Positions 27,278-38,900 of a stretch of DNA of 41,544 nt are shown in pieces. Source of the DNA: Clostridia bacterium (lineage in GTDB: Bacteria > Bacillota > Clostridia > Oscillospirales > CAG-382). Below the pieces are notes generated by a model that saw nothing but the letters and a program-made list of their open reading frames with translations, had not been told where the DNA came from and made no database searches. The position numbers and the translations under genes are program-made. How positions within the stretch are numbered: the stretch's first letter is position 1; each line of letters starts with the position of its first letter. The stretch lies in NCBI GenBank assembly GCA_017630915.1, contig JAGBUH010000115.1, forward strand, positions 1 to 41,544. Direction: 5' to 3'.

Positions 27278-27307
27278 AAAAAATATCGGACAAACAAATC
27301 CGATATT
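27278..27307 (-). terminator. Intrinsic terminator after mntP
   Basis: AATATCGGA(27282-27290)/TCCGATATT(27299-27307); the A-tract gives a U-tail on the minus strand. Confidence 0.65.
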
Positions 27308-27314
27308 CTTTAAA

Positions 27315-27914
27315 TCACAAAATATTAAAATTAAAAAGGTGTTCTAATAATATTTTCACACCGAGTAAAATCAAAACCGCGCCACCAGCAATCTCGGCAC
27401 TCTTTTTGATTTTACATTCCAATAATTTGCCTAGCTTTACTCCTAGTGAGGATAAAATAAAAGTAACGCAACAAATAATTAAGCAAGAAGCGAAAACACC
27501 CATAATTGCGCCGTTATTTGCAAGTTCCATTCCGTCGCATGAAAATGCTATACCAACGGCAAGCGCATCTATACTTGTAGCGATGGACATAATAAGCAAA
27601 TTCCCAAAAGACAAAGCTCGGTCGTCATCTTTATCATCGTCGGGATTTATACTTTCGTAAATCATTTTACCGCCAATAAAAGCAAGTAAAACAAATGCTA
27701 TCCAATGGTCGTAGGCTTCTATGTAATCACGAAATGAATTTGCAAGAAAATATCCTATTAGCGGCATTAAACCTTGGAAAATCCCAAAGAATGCACCGAC
27801 TTTAAGGGCATCGACAGTTCGTGCCTTGACAAGCGCCGTGCCTTTGCATATCGCAACGGCAAAAGCATCCATAGAAAGACTTATTCCGTATGCCAAAATA
27901 GTTAAAATGTGCAT
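27315..27914 (-). CDS. mntP: Manganese efflux pump MntP
   Basis: LSMDAFAVAICKG, FQGLMPLIG, DHWIAF, ATSIDALAVG, AEIAGGAVLILLG. Confidence 0.92.
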   Translation of the reverse strand: MHILTILAYGISLSMDAFAVAICKGTALVKARTVDALKVGAFFGIFQGLMPLIGYFLANSFRDYIEAYDHWIAFVLLAFIGGKMIYESINPDDDKDDDRALSFGNLLIMSIATSIDALAVGIAFSCDGMELANNGAIMGVFASCLIICCVTFILSSLGVKLGKLLECKIKKSAEIAGGAVLILLGVKILLEHLFNFNIL

Positions 27915-27921
27915 AAATACC

Positions 27922-28794
27922 TCATAATCGTTTTTGGAAATTACCTGTTATGTCAATCCCATTTTTTATGGAAACAAAGGAGTTTGGGTCGATTTTTTTT
28001 ACAATTTTTTTGAGTTGCGATACTTCGTATTTTGAAACTACGACATATAAAACGTGATTGCTTTCACCCGTATATGCACCGTAACCTTCCCAATAGGAAA
28101 CTCCACGATGCATTTCGCGGATAATCGCTTCCTGAATTTCGGCATTTTTTTGTTTGGAAATTATTATAACCTCACTGTTGATATTCTGAATATGCATTCT
28201 ATCTAACGCTATTGTGCTTATAGAGGCATAAATTAAAGTATAAATAATTCTCTCTAAATCGTGCATAATTAAAAAAGCGCAACCATACACGAATATATTA
28301 AAAATCATACTTACTGTGCCGACGCTGTATGAACTCTTTTTTGCAAAATACATTCCAATAACGTCAACGCCACCGGTTGAACCGCCGTTACGTAACGAAA
28401 CCCCAACACCGAATCCGCACATTATACCGCCCACAATACATGAAGTAAGCGGGTCATCAATAATGGTGTTAATTGGCAACACAGAAAGTAAAACCGTTTG
28501 CACTACAATGCAAAACAAAGTTTTGAATATAAAAGTTTTGCCAACCGCTTTATAAGCAAAAATTAACAAAGGAATATTTAAGCCGAAAGAAATTATACCA
28601 GAAATATCAAACGGAAAGGACAATGCAAAGAATTCTTCCAAAACAGTACGTATAATCTGAGAAAAACCAAGTAATCCGCTTGTATATAACCCCGTCGGCA
28701 CAACAAAACAGTTCATACCAAAAGCATATACCAACGCACCGACAAATATACTTGATGCTTTCAAAAAGTCTACATAAGTGATTTTAAACTTCAT
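27922..28794 (-). CDS. YitT-family membrane protein (DUF161 + DUF2179)
   Basis: LNIPL, GGSTGGVD, RGVS..EGYGAYT, IDPNSFV. Confidence 0.9.
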   Translation of the reverse strand: MKFKITYVDFLKASSIFVGALVYAFGMNCFVVPTGLYTSGLLGFSQIIRTVLEEFFALSFPFDISGIISFGLNIPLLIFAYKAVGKTFIFKTLFCIVVQTVLLSVLPINTIIDDPLTSCIVGGIMCGFGVGVSLRNGGSTGGVDVIGMYFAKKSSYSVGTVSMIFNIFVYGCAFLIMHDLERIIYTLIYASISTIALDRMHIQNINSEVIIISKQKNAEIQEAIIREMHRGVSYWEGYGAYTGESNHVLYVVVSKYEVSQLKKIVKKIDPNSFVSIKNGIDITGNFQKRL

Positions 28795-28851
28795 ATTTAC
28801 CTCTAAGGAAATATTATAATGCTGCTTGAATAAAATGTATTGGGTGTTAAT

Positions 28852-29457
28852 ATGAAAAAAAGAATTAAAATTATTTTGTTTTCAATTGTATTAGTTCTGG
28901 TTGCTATAACTATGCATTTTTTAAGAAACTATCCCCTTGCATGTGACGTATATGCCGAAACAGGTATAAACGGCATTATAGCATCGGAAATCAATAAAAA
29001 TATATCCAATAAATTAAACAATAATATTGATGAATACTCTCAAATTGCAACCATAAACACAAACTCTGATGGTAGTATATCAACAATCACTATTAAATCA
29101 AGCATTATAAATAATATTGCATTAGGGTTGTCCGCAGATATTTATAATACTATTTCAGAATCAAATTATCAATTCGGAATACCTTTTGGAAACGTAATGG
29201 GTTACGAATTACTATCCGGAAAAGGGCCCAAAATTAACATAAAAATAAAACCTATTAGCGCGACTAAACACGAAATTAAAAGCGAACTTTTATCTAGTGG
29301 CATAAATCAATCCTTGCACCGCATCTTGGTATTATTCACTACTGAAATAATGTGTTTAGCGCCGTTTCACAAACACAAAAGTTTTATAGAAACCGAACTA
29401 ATCTTGTTCGAAACGTTAATAGTCGGAAAAGTACCTGAGGTTATAATTCAACGGTGA
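28852..29457 (+). CDS. yunB: Sporulation protein YunB
   Basis: N-terminal TM, IPFGNV.G..LLSGKGPKI, SSGINQSLHRI, ETLIVGKVPE. Confidence 0.85.
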   Translation: MKKRIKIILFSIVLVLVAITMHFLRNYPLACDVYAETGINGIIASEINKNISNKLNNNIDEYSQIATINTNSDGSISTITIKSSIINNIALGLSADIYNTISESNYQFGIPFGNVMGYELLSGKGPKINIKIKPISATKHEIKSELLSSGINQSLHRILVLFTTEIMCLAPFHKHKSFIETELILFETLIVGKVPEVIIQR

Positions 29458-30212
29458 AAATTTTCAAGTTTTCTTGCACATTCAAATGAAATTATCGAAA
29501 TTGCGCTACACGCAGGCAATGAATAATGACATTCGCGCGGATATTTAATTTTTATGCACAACTCGGCGATTTCGAGCGTTTCCTTGCTAATTCCTCGCTT
29601 TTCGCCACCAAAGACAACACAAAACGGGCGGGAAATCTTACAACGGTATAAATCTTTTGCTTTGGGCGTTTTAGCGGTTGTTGCAATAAAATATCCTTTA
29701 CTTTTTAGTACCTTACATGCTTCGGTAATATCCGGTACTGTACACGCTTTAATCAATTCAGAAGCACCCGCAGATGAACGAACAACCGTATCGCTTGCCG
29801 TAAAGAAATTTCTTTCGGGTACGATAACAGCATCAACTCCCGAAGCATAAAGCGAACGAAGTGCATAAGCAAAATTAAAGGGGTCTTCAATACCGTCAAG
29901 TATTGCTATGTACCCGTTCCGAATAGAAAATACTTCTTCGGACGGTGTAAAAATCCTTTCGCCGACCTCAGCGGCTATGCCACCTGCATTTGAATTCGGC
30001 ATGATTTTTTCAAATTCGTTAGCATCAACGAATGTATATTCCGAACCGCTGTTAATAAGGACAGAATACTGTCGTTGTTCGGGCACACGAAGGTCAGAAC
30101 TCAATATTTTATCATATCTGCTTCGTTCAATATAGATTTTATAAATATGTCGGCTTTTTGCCTCAATAATGCTTTTTACAGAAACAAAACCGCCAACAAT
30201 CGTTTTATTCAT
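29448..30212 (-). CDS. TrmH/SpoU-family RNA methyltransferase
   Basis: LDGIEDPFNFAYALRS, RSSAGASE, FGGEKRGIS SPOUT motifs; start 30212 after GGAG. Confidence 0.9.
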   Translation of the reverse strand: MNKTIVGGFVSVKSIIEAKSRHIYKIYIERSRYDKILSSDLRVPEQRQYSVLINSGSEYTFVDANEFEKIMPNSNAGGIAAEVGERIFTPSEEVFSIRNGYIAILDGIEDPFNFAYALRSLYASGVDAVIVPERNFFTASDTVVRSSAGASELIKACTVPDITEACKVLKSKGYFIATTAKTPKAKDLYRCKISRPFCVVFGGEKRGISKETLEIAELCIKIKYPRECHYSLPACSAISIISFECARKLENFHR

Positions 30213-31449
30213 TGTTATTATCTCCGATAAAGTTATTAAATGCAGGAATATATTCACCGCTGATTGCATTGGTTGAATAACACATGGTTATGCAATCATC
30301 ATATTCACGTTCAGAAAGAAATTCGTTTAAAGGTTTATCAAATTTACGAGGGTCTATTATATCGATTTTACTGTAATGGGTTGCTAAAAAAGGAACAATA
30401 GGATGTGCGCTTGTGTCGCCGATTATAAGAACCGAACCACCTTTTGAGGTAGTATTGATTTCATAACGAGCCGCACTTCTGCCGAGAAAAACATTATAGC
30501 CTGAATATAAGGACACCTTGTTATTACAAAGCGCATAATCAGAATACACCAATTCGCCGTCATAAACTGTAAGTGAAGTCTTAACGGTTGGTAATGTTGA
30601 ATAACAAACCAAACTATCGGGAGATTCATACATCGAGGATAACTTTGTGGCATGATAAAAACTGCCTAAATAGTCACCCATATCTCTTTTAACATAATTT
30701 TCGATAGAATAAGAATCGAATTCCGCATTTTCACAAAATGCTCGATATGCGTAATATGCGGCAAGCGAAGTCCAGTTTTTATCGGTTTTAAAGAACAAAT
30801 ATTCATCGTTATCGTAGTGTTCTTGAAGCAACGAAACAATAGGAATATCAATAATTTTTTTATTATTTTTAGATGCAACCGTCGATACAAAAGCCGATTG
30901 AGATTGATTATAAAAATTATCGTTCGTATATATTTCCCGCGGTATCGATGCAAAGGTAGAACTAACGGGTACGGTGATATTGAAAATGCGTGTCTGTTCC
31001 GGCAAAACGTTGACAAGATTGTCGAAACTATTTATATATCTTTCTAATGCAGACGTTTTAAAATTAAATTGTTCGAATCCGCAACCATTGTAAACATAAG
31101 TGTAACCGTATTCGTTAATTATCCAGCCGTGTGATATTTCTTCGTCAACATTTGATTCATTTGTACTGTTTTCAACGCTATTATCGCTTGAAAGAGTTGA
31201 TTCGGCAAACACATCGGAAACATTTGCATTTTCATTAACATTCTCAATAGATGAATTCTCGATATGGTTTTTCGACGTTTCTACCGAATTATTCATAATT
31301 GTTGACATATCCGAATTATCATTTTTATCATCAGGCAAACGCCTAATTGCAAAAGAAACTATTGCTAAAATCAACGATGTAATAAGGATTGCAGATAACG
31401 ATGCGATTGTTATTGTCTTGCGTGTAAAAGAGAATTTTGTTTGTTCCAC
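30205..31449 (-). CDS. DHHW-family (AlgJ/AlgX-like SGNH) membrane-anchored protein with degenerate catalytic motifs
   Basis: N-terminal TM plus Ser/Asn linker; YLFFKTDKNWTSLAAYYAY (family TDHHWT), YLGSFY, LIIGDTSAH..VPFL, IDPR. Confidence 0.8.
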   Translation of the reverse strand: MEQTKFSFTRKTITIASLSAILITSLILAIVSFAIRRLPDDKNDNSDMSTIMNNSVETSKNHIENSSIENVNENANVSDVFAESTLSSDNSVENSTNESNVDEEISHGWIINEYGYTYVYNGCGFEQFNFKTSALERYINSFDNLVNVLPEQTRIFNITVPVSSTFASIPREIYTNDNFYNQSQSAFVSTVASKNNKKIIDIPIVSLLQEHYDNDEYLFFKTDKNWTSLAAYYAYRAFCENAEFDSYSIENYVKRDMGDYLGSFYHATKLSSMYESPDSLVCYSTLPTVKTSLTVYDGELVYSDYALCNNKVSLYSGYNVFLGRSAARYEINTTSKGGSVLIIGDTSAHPIVPFLATHYSKIDIIDPRKFDKPLNEFLSEREYDDCITMCYSTNAISGEYIPAFNNFIGDNNNE

Positions 31450-31507
31450 TTAAATTACCTCCAATAATACTATTACGATAATTGACACTTTGAAAATAAT
31501 TTATGCA

Positions 31508-31547
31508 GAAAATTACTCTGTCACAAGCATTCGTATGTGACAGAGTA
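31508..31547 (-). terminator. Intrinsic terminator after ftsH
   Basis: TACTCTGTCACA(31514-31525)/TGTGACAGAGTA(31536-31547), 12-bp stem. Confidence 0.75.
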
Positions 31548-31560
31548 TTTTATTTATGAT

Positions 31561-33630
31561 TTATTTAAAAATATCGTCAGAGAATAAATCATCTTTATTA
31601 TCGTTAATATCAGACGAACTGATTTGCGATTTATCTTCATCATTGTTTTTATTATTTTGCTTGTTTGCAAGCTCTTCCTTGCGATTCTTATTTTCAGCTT
31701 CGTTAGCTTTCTTTTTGCGCTCGGAAACAGCATCAAGCATTTCTTCGGTTACGCCTTCGGTGAAGCAAAGTTCAAACTGTTCAGCGTCCATAATTTCGTG
31801 CTTAACAAGATAGTTGGCAATAAAAATCATAATATCCTTATTTTCTTCCAAAATCTTTATTGCGCGTTCATAACCGCTTGTAACGAATTTATAAACTTCT
31901 TCATCAATTTGAATTGCAACTTTTTCTGAATAATTCTTGGTTGTACCAAAATCCTTGCCCAAAAAAACTTCGTTGTTTTCAGCGGAGTAAACGACAGGAC
32001 CAAGGATATCGCTCATACCAAGTTTTGTAATCATCTGTCTCGCGATGGTCGTAGCGCGTTCCATATCGTTTGAAGCACCGCCCGAAATATCGTCGCACAT
32101 TATTTTTTCGGCAGCACGACCGGCAAGCAAAATACAAATCTCATCAAGCAAGCCTTGCTTGTATACACTCATTCTTTCTTTTTCGGGGAGCGAAAGCGTG
32201 TAACCAAGCGCTCTGCCACTGGGAATAATAGAAATTTGGTGTACAGGGTCTTGATTGCCGAGTTGACGTGTAACAATAGCGTGACCTGCTTCGTGATAAG
32301 CGGTTTTTAGTTTTTCCTCAGGAGAAATAATCTTCGATTTCTTTTGAGGTCCAACAATAACTTTAATTGTTGCTTCTTCGATATCATCGGTATTGATAAC
32401 CGATTTTTTCTTTCTTGCTGCCAAAAGCGCCGCTTCATTCAAAAGGTTTGCAAGGTCTGCACCTGTAAATCCTGCGGTGGATTTAGCGATGGTTGAAAGC
32501 TCAACGTCACTTCCCAAAGGTTTGCCCTTTGCGTGAACCTTTAATATCTCTTCTCTGCCCTTAATGTCGGGATGATTTACTGTAACTTGTCTGTCAAATC
32601 TACCGGGACGCAACAATGCAGGGTCGAGGATATCAGGTCTGTTCGTCGCCGCAATAACAATTACACCGTCATTAACGCCAAAACCGTCCATTTCAACAAG
32701 CAATTGGTTTAATGTTTGTTCGCGTTCATCATGTCCGCCACCCAAACCTGCTCCTCTGTGACGTCCGACAGCGTCGATTTCGTCGATGAATATAATACAA
32801 GGCGCGGTTTTCTTAGCTGTTTCAAAAAGGTCACGAACACGCGAAGCGCCGACACCGACGTACATTTCAACAAAGTCAGAACCCGAAATTGAATAGAACG
32901 GTACTCCGCTTTCACCTGCAACGGCTTTCGCTAAAAGTGTTTTACCTGTACCGGGAGAACCGACAAGTAATACCCCCTTGGGAATTCTTGCACCAAGACT
33001 TGAAAATTTGTCGGGATTGCGCAAAAATTCAACAACTTCTTGCAATTCCTCTTTTTCTTCATCTGCGCCTGCAACGTCACTGAAAAGAACCTTTTTCTTT
33101 TCATCGCTGCCGAGTTTTGTTCTCGCTTTGCTAAACGAATTCATCTTGCCGCCAAGGCCGATACCACCGCCACCGCCGTTTTTAGAAGTGCGTGATACAA
33201 ACAACCAAAATACGACAACTAAAATAATAATTACAATAAAATAAGGCAGATATGCCGCCCACCAAGGAATGGTATCGGGTGCTTGATAATCGTATGCAAC
33301 AAGAATTCCTTCCTCAGTTTGTGCGAATATCAATTCCCCAAGGTCGCCCCTGAATTGTTCGATATCAGCAAGATTGTGGTAATATTCAAATGTGGAAAGG
33401 TCAACCTTTTCGGTTTCTTTTTCCAATTCGTTTTTAGAAAGATAAAGTGTGCCTGTGTTATCAACGTAATACCGCTTTACCTCTTCGTTTTGGAACATAT
33501 TCACAACTTTGCTGTATTCAAGTTCCTCTTGATTTTTATTACTGCCGTACATTGCGTTAGCGACAATAATTATTATAAGAAAAAAGATTAAATAGAAAAA
33601 TATAATTTTTCCGGGGCCTTTATTTTTCAT
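31561..33630 (-). CDS. ftsH: ATP-dependent zinc metalloprotease FtsH
   Basis: Two TM segments, [29 protein letters not shown]; start 33630 after AGAAAGGTGG. Confidence 0.97.
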   Translation of the reverse strand: MKNKGPGKIIFFYLIFFLIIIIVANAMYGSNKNQEELEYSKVVNMFQNEEVKRYYVDNTGTLYLSKNELEKETEKVDLSTFEYYHNLADIEQFRGDLGELIFAQTEEGILVAYDYQAPDTIPWWAAYLPYFIVIIILVVVFWLFVSRTSKNGGGGGIGLGGKMNSFSKARTKLGSDEKKKVLFSDVAGADEEKEELQEVVEFLRNPDKFSSLGARIPKGVLLVGSPGTGKTLLAKAVAGESGVPFYSISGSDFVEMYVGVGASRVRDLFETAKKTAPCIIFIDEIDAVGRHRGAGLGGGHDEREQTLNQLLVEMDGFGVNDGVIVIAATNRPDILDPALLRPGRFDRQVTVNHPDIKGREEILKVHAKGKPLGSDVELSTIAKSTAGFTGADLANLLNEAALLAARKKKSVINTDDIEEATIKVIVGPQKKSKIISPEEKLKTAYHEAGHAIVTRQLGNQDPVHQISIIPSGRALGYTLSLPEKERMSVYKQGLLDEICILLAGRAAEKIMCDDISGGASNDMERATTIARQMITKLGMSDILGPVVYSAENNEVFLGKDFGTTKNYSEKVAIQIDEEVYKFVTSGYERAIKILEENKDIMIFIANYLVKHEIMDAEQFELCFTEGVTEEMLDAVSERKKKANEAENKNRKEELANKQNNKNNDEDKSQISSSDINDNKDDLFSDDIFK

Positions 33631-34993
33631 AGGCGTTAGTCCACCTTTCTTTTTCAATAGTATTAAATATTGTTGTTATATATATTGTATCGTTATTTTC
33701 TTTTTGTATAACTCTGTCAGCAACCCCGACAAAAGGTACATATATTATTCCCTCTTCATCAAATATAATAGGTATAATATTTCTGTATTCTTTTGGGACT
33801 TTTTTATCAATAAACAGCTTTTTTAAAGTTTTATTCATGCCTTTGATGAAAATTTTATCGCCGACACGCCTATTTCGAACTTTTAACTTTCCAATTATTT
33901 TATCTTCCGATATATAAGCATTGGTGGATAAATTGTTAAAATTCCCCGATGATTTATTATTAGATATATCAATAATAACCCTATCACCGAACACTTTATT
34001 TGTACCGTTTTGAAGTTCTTGAAAGTCATATTCTAATAGTGGGTTTTCGCTTTTGTTAAAAAATTGCACATTTCCATTATTTATCACGGCTTCTGTATGG
34101 TCAAACAACGGAACACAAACACGTTTTTCAGAAAATAACGCTCGATCGATATCAGATACCATGTTGCTGTTTAGTGATTGTCCAGAAAACTCTTTATATT
34201 TCTTCATAAGCACTCGATTGCGCAGGGCTTTCGGCAATAATCTTAAATCCGTATCGAGATTTTCATTTATTACTGCTTCAAAATATTCCCTGTCGCTTCT
34301 GCAAGAAGCAGAATATCTTGACAATGCTTCAACAACAGACGGATTAAGTTTACACATATCAGGAATGATAACATTGCGAACGTAGTTGCGTGTATAATCA
34401 TTACACAAATTAGTACTGTCTGTAACGTATGTCTGTTCGGATTCAGAAAGAAATTCTTCTATTTCCTGTCTGCTGATTTCCAAAAGCGGTCTTAAAATTT
34501 TATCCTTATACGGTGCAATTGATGATGCTCCGTACGAACCGCTTCCGCGAATTAAATTTATAAGCAAAGTTTCGGCGTCATCATTCATATTATGCGCAGT
34601 AACACAATAATCAACTGTGTCTTTTGAGCATATACGTTCAAAGAACGCATATCGGCAACTACGTGCCGCTTCTTCAATCCCGATATTGTATCTCGACGCA
34701 TAAGCCGGAACGTCGTCTCTACCACAAAAAATCTTTATATTATGGTTCTTACAAAGTTGTTTGCAAAATTCTTCATCCCTGTCTGCTTCGTCGCCGCGTA
34801 TCATGTGATTAAAATGACATGCAGAAATATTAAAGCCAAATGTTTCTGAAACTTCTGCCATTCCAAGAAGAAGTGCAACTGAATCGGCGCCTCCTGAAAG
34901 AGCGATACACAACCCTTTTTCTTGAACCGAAAATGGCAGATTTTCAAAATATTTGCTTAATTTTCGGATGAAACTAATTCTCGCCCGATTCAT
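33620..34993 (-). CDS. tilS: tRNA(Ile)-lysidine synthetase
   Basis: SGGADS PP-loop, [32 protein letters not shown]. Confidence 0.95.
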   Translation of the reverse strand: MNRARISFIRKLSKYFENLPFSVQEKGLCIALSGGADSVALLLGMAEVSETFGFNISACHFNHMIRGDEADRDEEFCKQLCKNHNIKIFCGRDDVPAYASRYNIGIEEAARSCRYAFFERICSKDTVDYCVTAHNMNDDAETLLINLIRGSGSYGASSIAPYKDKILRPLLEISRQEIEEFLSESEQTYVTDSTNLCNDYTRNYVRNVIIPDMCKLNPSVVEALSRYSASCRSDREYFEAVINENLDTDLRLLPKALRNRVLMKKYKEFSGQSLNSNMVSDIDRALFSEKRVCVPLFDHTEAVINNGNVQFFNKSENPLLEYDFQELQNGTNKVFGDRVIIDISNNKSSGNFNNLSTNAYISEDKIIGKLKVRNRRVGDKIFIKGMNKTLKKLFIDKKVPKEYRNIIPIIFDEEGIIYVPFVGVADRVIQKENNDTIYITTIFNTIEKERWTNAYEK

Positions 34994-36347
34994 GCAAAAT
35001 ATTATCCTCGATACTCATAAACTTATAGTATTTACCTACCCAAGCAAGTTTAACAACGCCTGTACTACCATGACGGTTTTTAGCAACATTACATTCAGCA
35101 AGAATATAATCGGAGTTCTCGTTTTGTGCCTCGGGCGCTTCTCCGTCTTTACGTTCGTAATAGTCACTTCTGTAAATAAACAAAACAATATCAGCGTCCT
35201 GCTCAATCGCACCCGAATCACGAAGGTCAGAAAGCATCGGCTGACGGTCTTTACGGTTTTCGCTAGCTCTTGCCAACTGCGAACAAAGAATTATCGGAAT
35301 TTCAAATTCTTTTGCCATCAATTTAATCGAACGAGTGATATTAGCAACGTCTAACACACGGTTATCGGTGGGAACATCAGGGTTCATAAGTTGTAAATAG
35401 TCGATGATAACTAAACCAAGATTATCCAATCTGCGCAATTTGGATTTCATTGCGGTCGGAGTTGTATTGGGATTTGGGTCTATATAAATGTTTGTGTTGG
35501 ATAGCACACTTGATGCTTCGGCAAGATGACGCCAGTCGTCATCCGATAACTTACCGGTTCTCATATTCGCGCTATCAATCAAAGCCTCGCTGCTCAACAT
35601 TCTCGAAACTAACTGTTCCGAAGACATTTCAAGCGAAAATACCGCAATATTCTTATCAGTAGTTTTTGCAACGTTTGTAGCTACGTTCATACAAAAACTT
35701 GTTTTACCCATACCGGGACGGCCACCAACAACAATTAAGTCGCCCTTACCCATACCGATAAGAACCCTGTCAAGAGAATCAAATCTTGTAGGGGTACCCG
35801 CAAGCGCCTCAGGGTTTTCTTTGAGCAATTTTAAGGTCTTGTAATGCTCCACAATAACATCACGAATCTTATCAAAGCCGTCTTGATATTTATCCTGTGA
35901 AATTGAATAAATCCTTTGTTCTGCGTAATTTACAGCATCACCGACCTCGCCTTTTTCGCTATATGCAAGGTCAGAAATATCTCTCGATGCTTCGATAAGC
36001 GATCTAAGCATCGCTTTATCGCGCACAATTTTAGAATATTCCTCGATATTCGCGGCATCAGACGCCAAATCAACCAGCAATTTAATATATTTAGCAGCAT
36101 CACCCTCGGTATATGTACCCATTTGGGTAAGCGCGTCAATAAGAGTTACCGGATCGATAACTCTGTTTTTATTAAACATATCGCGCATTGCAGAGAAAAT
36201 CTGTTTGTGCTGTTCAAGATAGAAATCATCATCTTTTAAAGTAGCAACGTCAACAAATTTTTCCGAATCGACAATAACCGTACCCAATATTGCCTGCTCC
36301 GCTTCGAGCGAAAACGGCATTTTTCTTATGCTGTCAAATTCAGCCAT
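34974..36347 (-). CDS. dnaB: Replicative DNA helicase
   Basis: EAEQAILG, RPGMGKT, FSLEMS, IDYLQL, SQLAR, LSDLRDSGAIEQDAD, KNRHG; no intein. Confidence 0.97.
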   Translation of the reverse strand: MAEFDSIRKMPFSLEAEQAILGTVIVDSEKFVDVATLKDDDFYLEQHKQIFSAMRDMFNKNRVIDPVTLIDALTQMGTYTEGDAAKYIKLLVDLASDAANIEEYSKIVRDKAMLRSLIEASRDISDLAYSEKGEVGDAVNYAEQRIYSISQDKYQDGFDKIRDVIVEHYKTLKLLKENPEALAGTPTRFDSLDRVLIGMGKGDLIVVGGRPGMGKTSFCMNVATNVAKTTDKNIAVFSLEMSSEQLVSRMLSSEALIDSANMRTGKLSDDDWRHLAEASSVLSNTNIYIDPNPNTTPTAMKSKLRRLDNLGLVIIDYLQLMNPDVPTDNRVLDVANITRSIKLMAKEFEIPIILCSQLARASENRKDRQPMLSDLRDSGAIEQDADIVLFIYRSDYYERKDGEAPEAQNENSDYILAECNVAKNRHGSTGVVKLAWVGKYYKFMSIEDNILHESGEN

Positions 36348-36368
36348 ATCTAAGCCTCTAAAAATTTA

Positions 36369-36812
36369 TTATGCTTCAACTACAAGTTTGAGTTCGGCAG
36401 AAATGCCTTGAAACAACTTGATTTTTACGGGATAAACACCTGCGGTTTTTATGGTGTCGGAAATAGATATATTACGTTTATCTATTTTCATACCAAGTTC
36501 TTTTTCTATCTTTTCGCTAATATCTTTGGTGGTAACTGCACCGTAAAGTCTTCCGTCAGCACCGCCTGTGGTTTTAAATACAATTTGCTTGTCGGAAAGA
36601 AATGACTTCGTTTCTTCTGCCTTCTTCTTTTCTTCTGCAAGGTGGAAAGCTGCGCTTTCTTTCTTCATTTCTATTTCTTTAATCGAACCTGCATCCGCCG
36701 GTTTTGCAAGTTTGCGAGGGAAAAGAAAATTACGTGCATATCCGTCGGAAGTATTGATGAGTTCGCCTTTTTTTCCTTGTCCCTTAACATCTTCTAACAA
36801 AATCACTTTCAT
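36369..36812 (-). CDS. rplI: 50S ribosomal protein L9
   Basis: [33 protein letters not shown]. Confidence 0.98.
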   Translation of the reverse strand: MKVILLEDVKGQGKKGELINTSDGYARNFLFPRKLAKPADAGSIKEIEMKKESAAFHLAEEKKKAEETKSFLSDKQIVFKTTGGADGRLYGAVTTKDISEKIEKELGMKIDKRNISISDTIKTAGVYPVKIKLFQGISAELKLVVEA

Positions 36813-38848
36813 TTATTCAAACCTTCTTTCGAAATACCAATATAATTGTCAATAGCTTCTTTTAAAATGCATTCAGCCTTATCGACATCTAAAACGACAT
36901 TACCAAGACCGTTTTCATCGCTTTCGCGGATAAGCGCGCCTGCCGATTGAAAATGTCCGCCACCGCCAAGCATTTTTGCTATGTTGATAACGTTTATCGA
37001 ACCGTCGCTACGTGCAGAAAGGTTAATACCGTTATCAAGCGAATACAATACGAATGACGCGGAAATGCCGTCGATGTCAACCAAGCGATCCGCTGCTTTT
37101 GATGCGGTGACCTTATTTTCGGGATCATTATTTTCAACATAGGTCGAAATCGCAAACTTATCACGATAAACTTCCATGTTTTGTTCAATTCGTGCGATAC
37201 GCTTGAATTGCTTCATATCCGACTTAAACAAATTCTTTGCTTTTCCTGCATCTGCGCCTGCATTTTTAAGAAAAATACAAGCAGAATATGTTCTTGTGCC
37301 CGTGTCACGAGCAAAGAATTGTGTATCCAACAAAATACCCGCAAGTAAAATCTGAGCCTCTTCGGGTCTTAATGCATTAGGACTTAACGAAAGTTCAAGT
37401 ATTTCGCAAACAAGTTCTGATGCACTCGAAGCGGTCGGATCAATATTTGTCGGTTGCAACACCTGATCACCGAGCATTTCTTTAATTGCATGGTGGTCGA
37501 TAACAACAACTTTACTCGCGTTTTCATATACACCCCTTGCCGCAAACAACTCAGGGTTTGAAGCATCGGTAATGATAACCAAGGTATCGGGTGTTAATAA
37601 TTCCTGTGCATAAACTGCATCAACAAACACAGTATCGTATTCTTCAAATTCAGAAATCGACTCGATAATTTTCGAAATGTTTTTATCGTTTCTGTCAGCA
37701 ACTATGCAATATTCTTTGTTAAATGATTGAACTAGTTTAGCAATACCGATATTTGAAGCAATCGAGTCAAAATCAGGACGTAAATGCCCCATGATAATTA
37801 CGTTGGAACATTTAGGGAGTTGTTCAAAAAGTAAATCGCGGCAAAGTCGAGAACGTATCTTTGTTTGACGTTGTACGGCTTTGGTTTTACCGCCATAGCT
37901 ATCTTCACCGTCTTCGGTACGTACAACCGCAAGTGCACCGCCACGCTGTAAAGCTGAGCGCAAAGCAGTTTGGGCCGATTCACGTTTATCGCTGAGTGTA
38001 CCGTTAACAGTTGAAACACCGATTGAAATGGTAATCGGAACAGGCGATTCTCCCAACGAAGCCTCGACGACTTTATCAAGAATGTCAAACCGATTATCCG
38101 TCATTTCCTTTAAATAACGGTTTTCGAAATACATAACATACTTGTCGCGGTCATACTCGGTGAGCATTGCATTAAAACCGTTTGCCCAGTCGGTGAGCAA
38201 TTTATTTACAGTTGCCGACCCAAAACGGCGGTTTTCCTGGATTTCCTGAGAAACTTCGTTAGAGTTGTCAATAACTATATATGCAACTCTTATAGCACCG
38301 TCATCGATTTGCTTTAATAGGCGCTTTTCATTATCTCGACTGTACCAAACTCCTGCAAAAAGTTTTTGTTTTCCGTATTCAAGCGGAAAAACTCGAACCT
38401 CATAAAAAGATTCATTAGATTCCACAGAAATGAAATCGGTATATTCTTCATACGCTGTCGAAAGGTTGGAGAAAGAAACTTTTCCCTCAAACAATTTACC
38501 CGCGCCCGAAGTGATGTTTTGATCGGCAGCTTCGACAAGAGAATAAAACTCATCGTTGCACCAAACAATTTTGTTGCTTTCATTTACAATCATAACAGGA
38601 GAATCGATTTTCTCCATCAAACCTGAAATAAGCGGAGAAAAACCGCTACCGTCACGATCTACTTTAATGTTATTCTTGCTCGTGTTATAAAGTATCAATA
38701 ATACTATTGCATATACAAGTGCACCGATAATAGCAATGAAACCGGCAAGTTTATTTACAAATAACAGAAGTATAGCTACTACGGTAAAAATAGCAAGTCC
38801 AATAAGTTCATAAGTAAATCCTTTAAAAAACTTACGTAGATTTTTCAT
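36809..38848 (-). CDS. gdpP: Cyclic-di-AMP phosphodiesterase GdpP (TM-PAS-GGDEF-like-DHH-DHHA1)
   Basis: Two N-terminal TM segments, [37 protein letters not shown]; upstream of rplI-dnaB. Confidence 0.93.
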   Translation of the reverse strand: MKNLRKFFKGFTYELIGLAIFTVVAILLLFVNKLAGFIAIIGALVYAIVLLILYNTSKNNIKVDRDGSGFSPLISGLMEKIDSPVMIVNESNKIVWCNDEFYSLVEAADQNITSGAGKLFEGKVSFSNLSTAYEEYTDFISVESNESFYEVRVFPLEYGKQKLFAGVWYSRDNEKRLLKQIDDGAIRVAYIVIDNSNEVSQEIQENRRFGSATVNKLLTDWANGFNAMLTEYDRDKYVMYFENRYLKEMTDNRFDILDKVVEASLGESPVPITISIGVSTVNGTLSDKRESAQTALRSALQRGGALAVVRTEDGEDSYGGKTKAVQRQTKIRSRLCRDLLFEQLPKCSNVIIMGHLRPDFDSIASNIGIAKLVQSFNKEYCIVADRNDKNISKIIESISEFEEYDTVFVDAVYAQELLTPDTLVIITDASNPELFAARGVYENASKVVVIDHHAIKEMLGDQVLQPTNIDPTASSASELVCEILELSLSPNALRPEEAQILLAGILLDTQFFARDTGTRTYSACIFLKNAGADAGKAKNLFKSDMKQFKRIARIEQNMEVYRDKFAISTYVENNDPENKVTASKAADRLVDIDGISASFVLYSLDNGINLSARSDGSINVINIAKMLGGGGHFQSAGALIRESDENGLGNVVLDVDKAECILKEAIDNYIGISKEGLNK

Positions 38849-38871
38849 TGCCTCACCTCACTAACCAATAA

Positions 38872-38900
38872 ATTATAACACCAATCGAACCACTTGTCAA
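38872..38900 (-). promoter_or_regulatory. sigma-A promoter of gdpP-rplI-dnaB-tilS-ftsH
   Basis: TTGACA(38900-38895)-17 bp-TATAAT(38877-38872) with extended TG; the -35 overlaps the topoisomerase stop codon. Confidence 0.85.
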
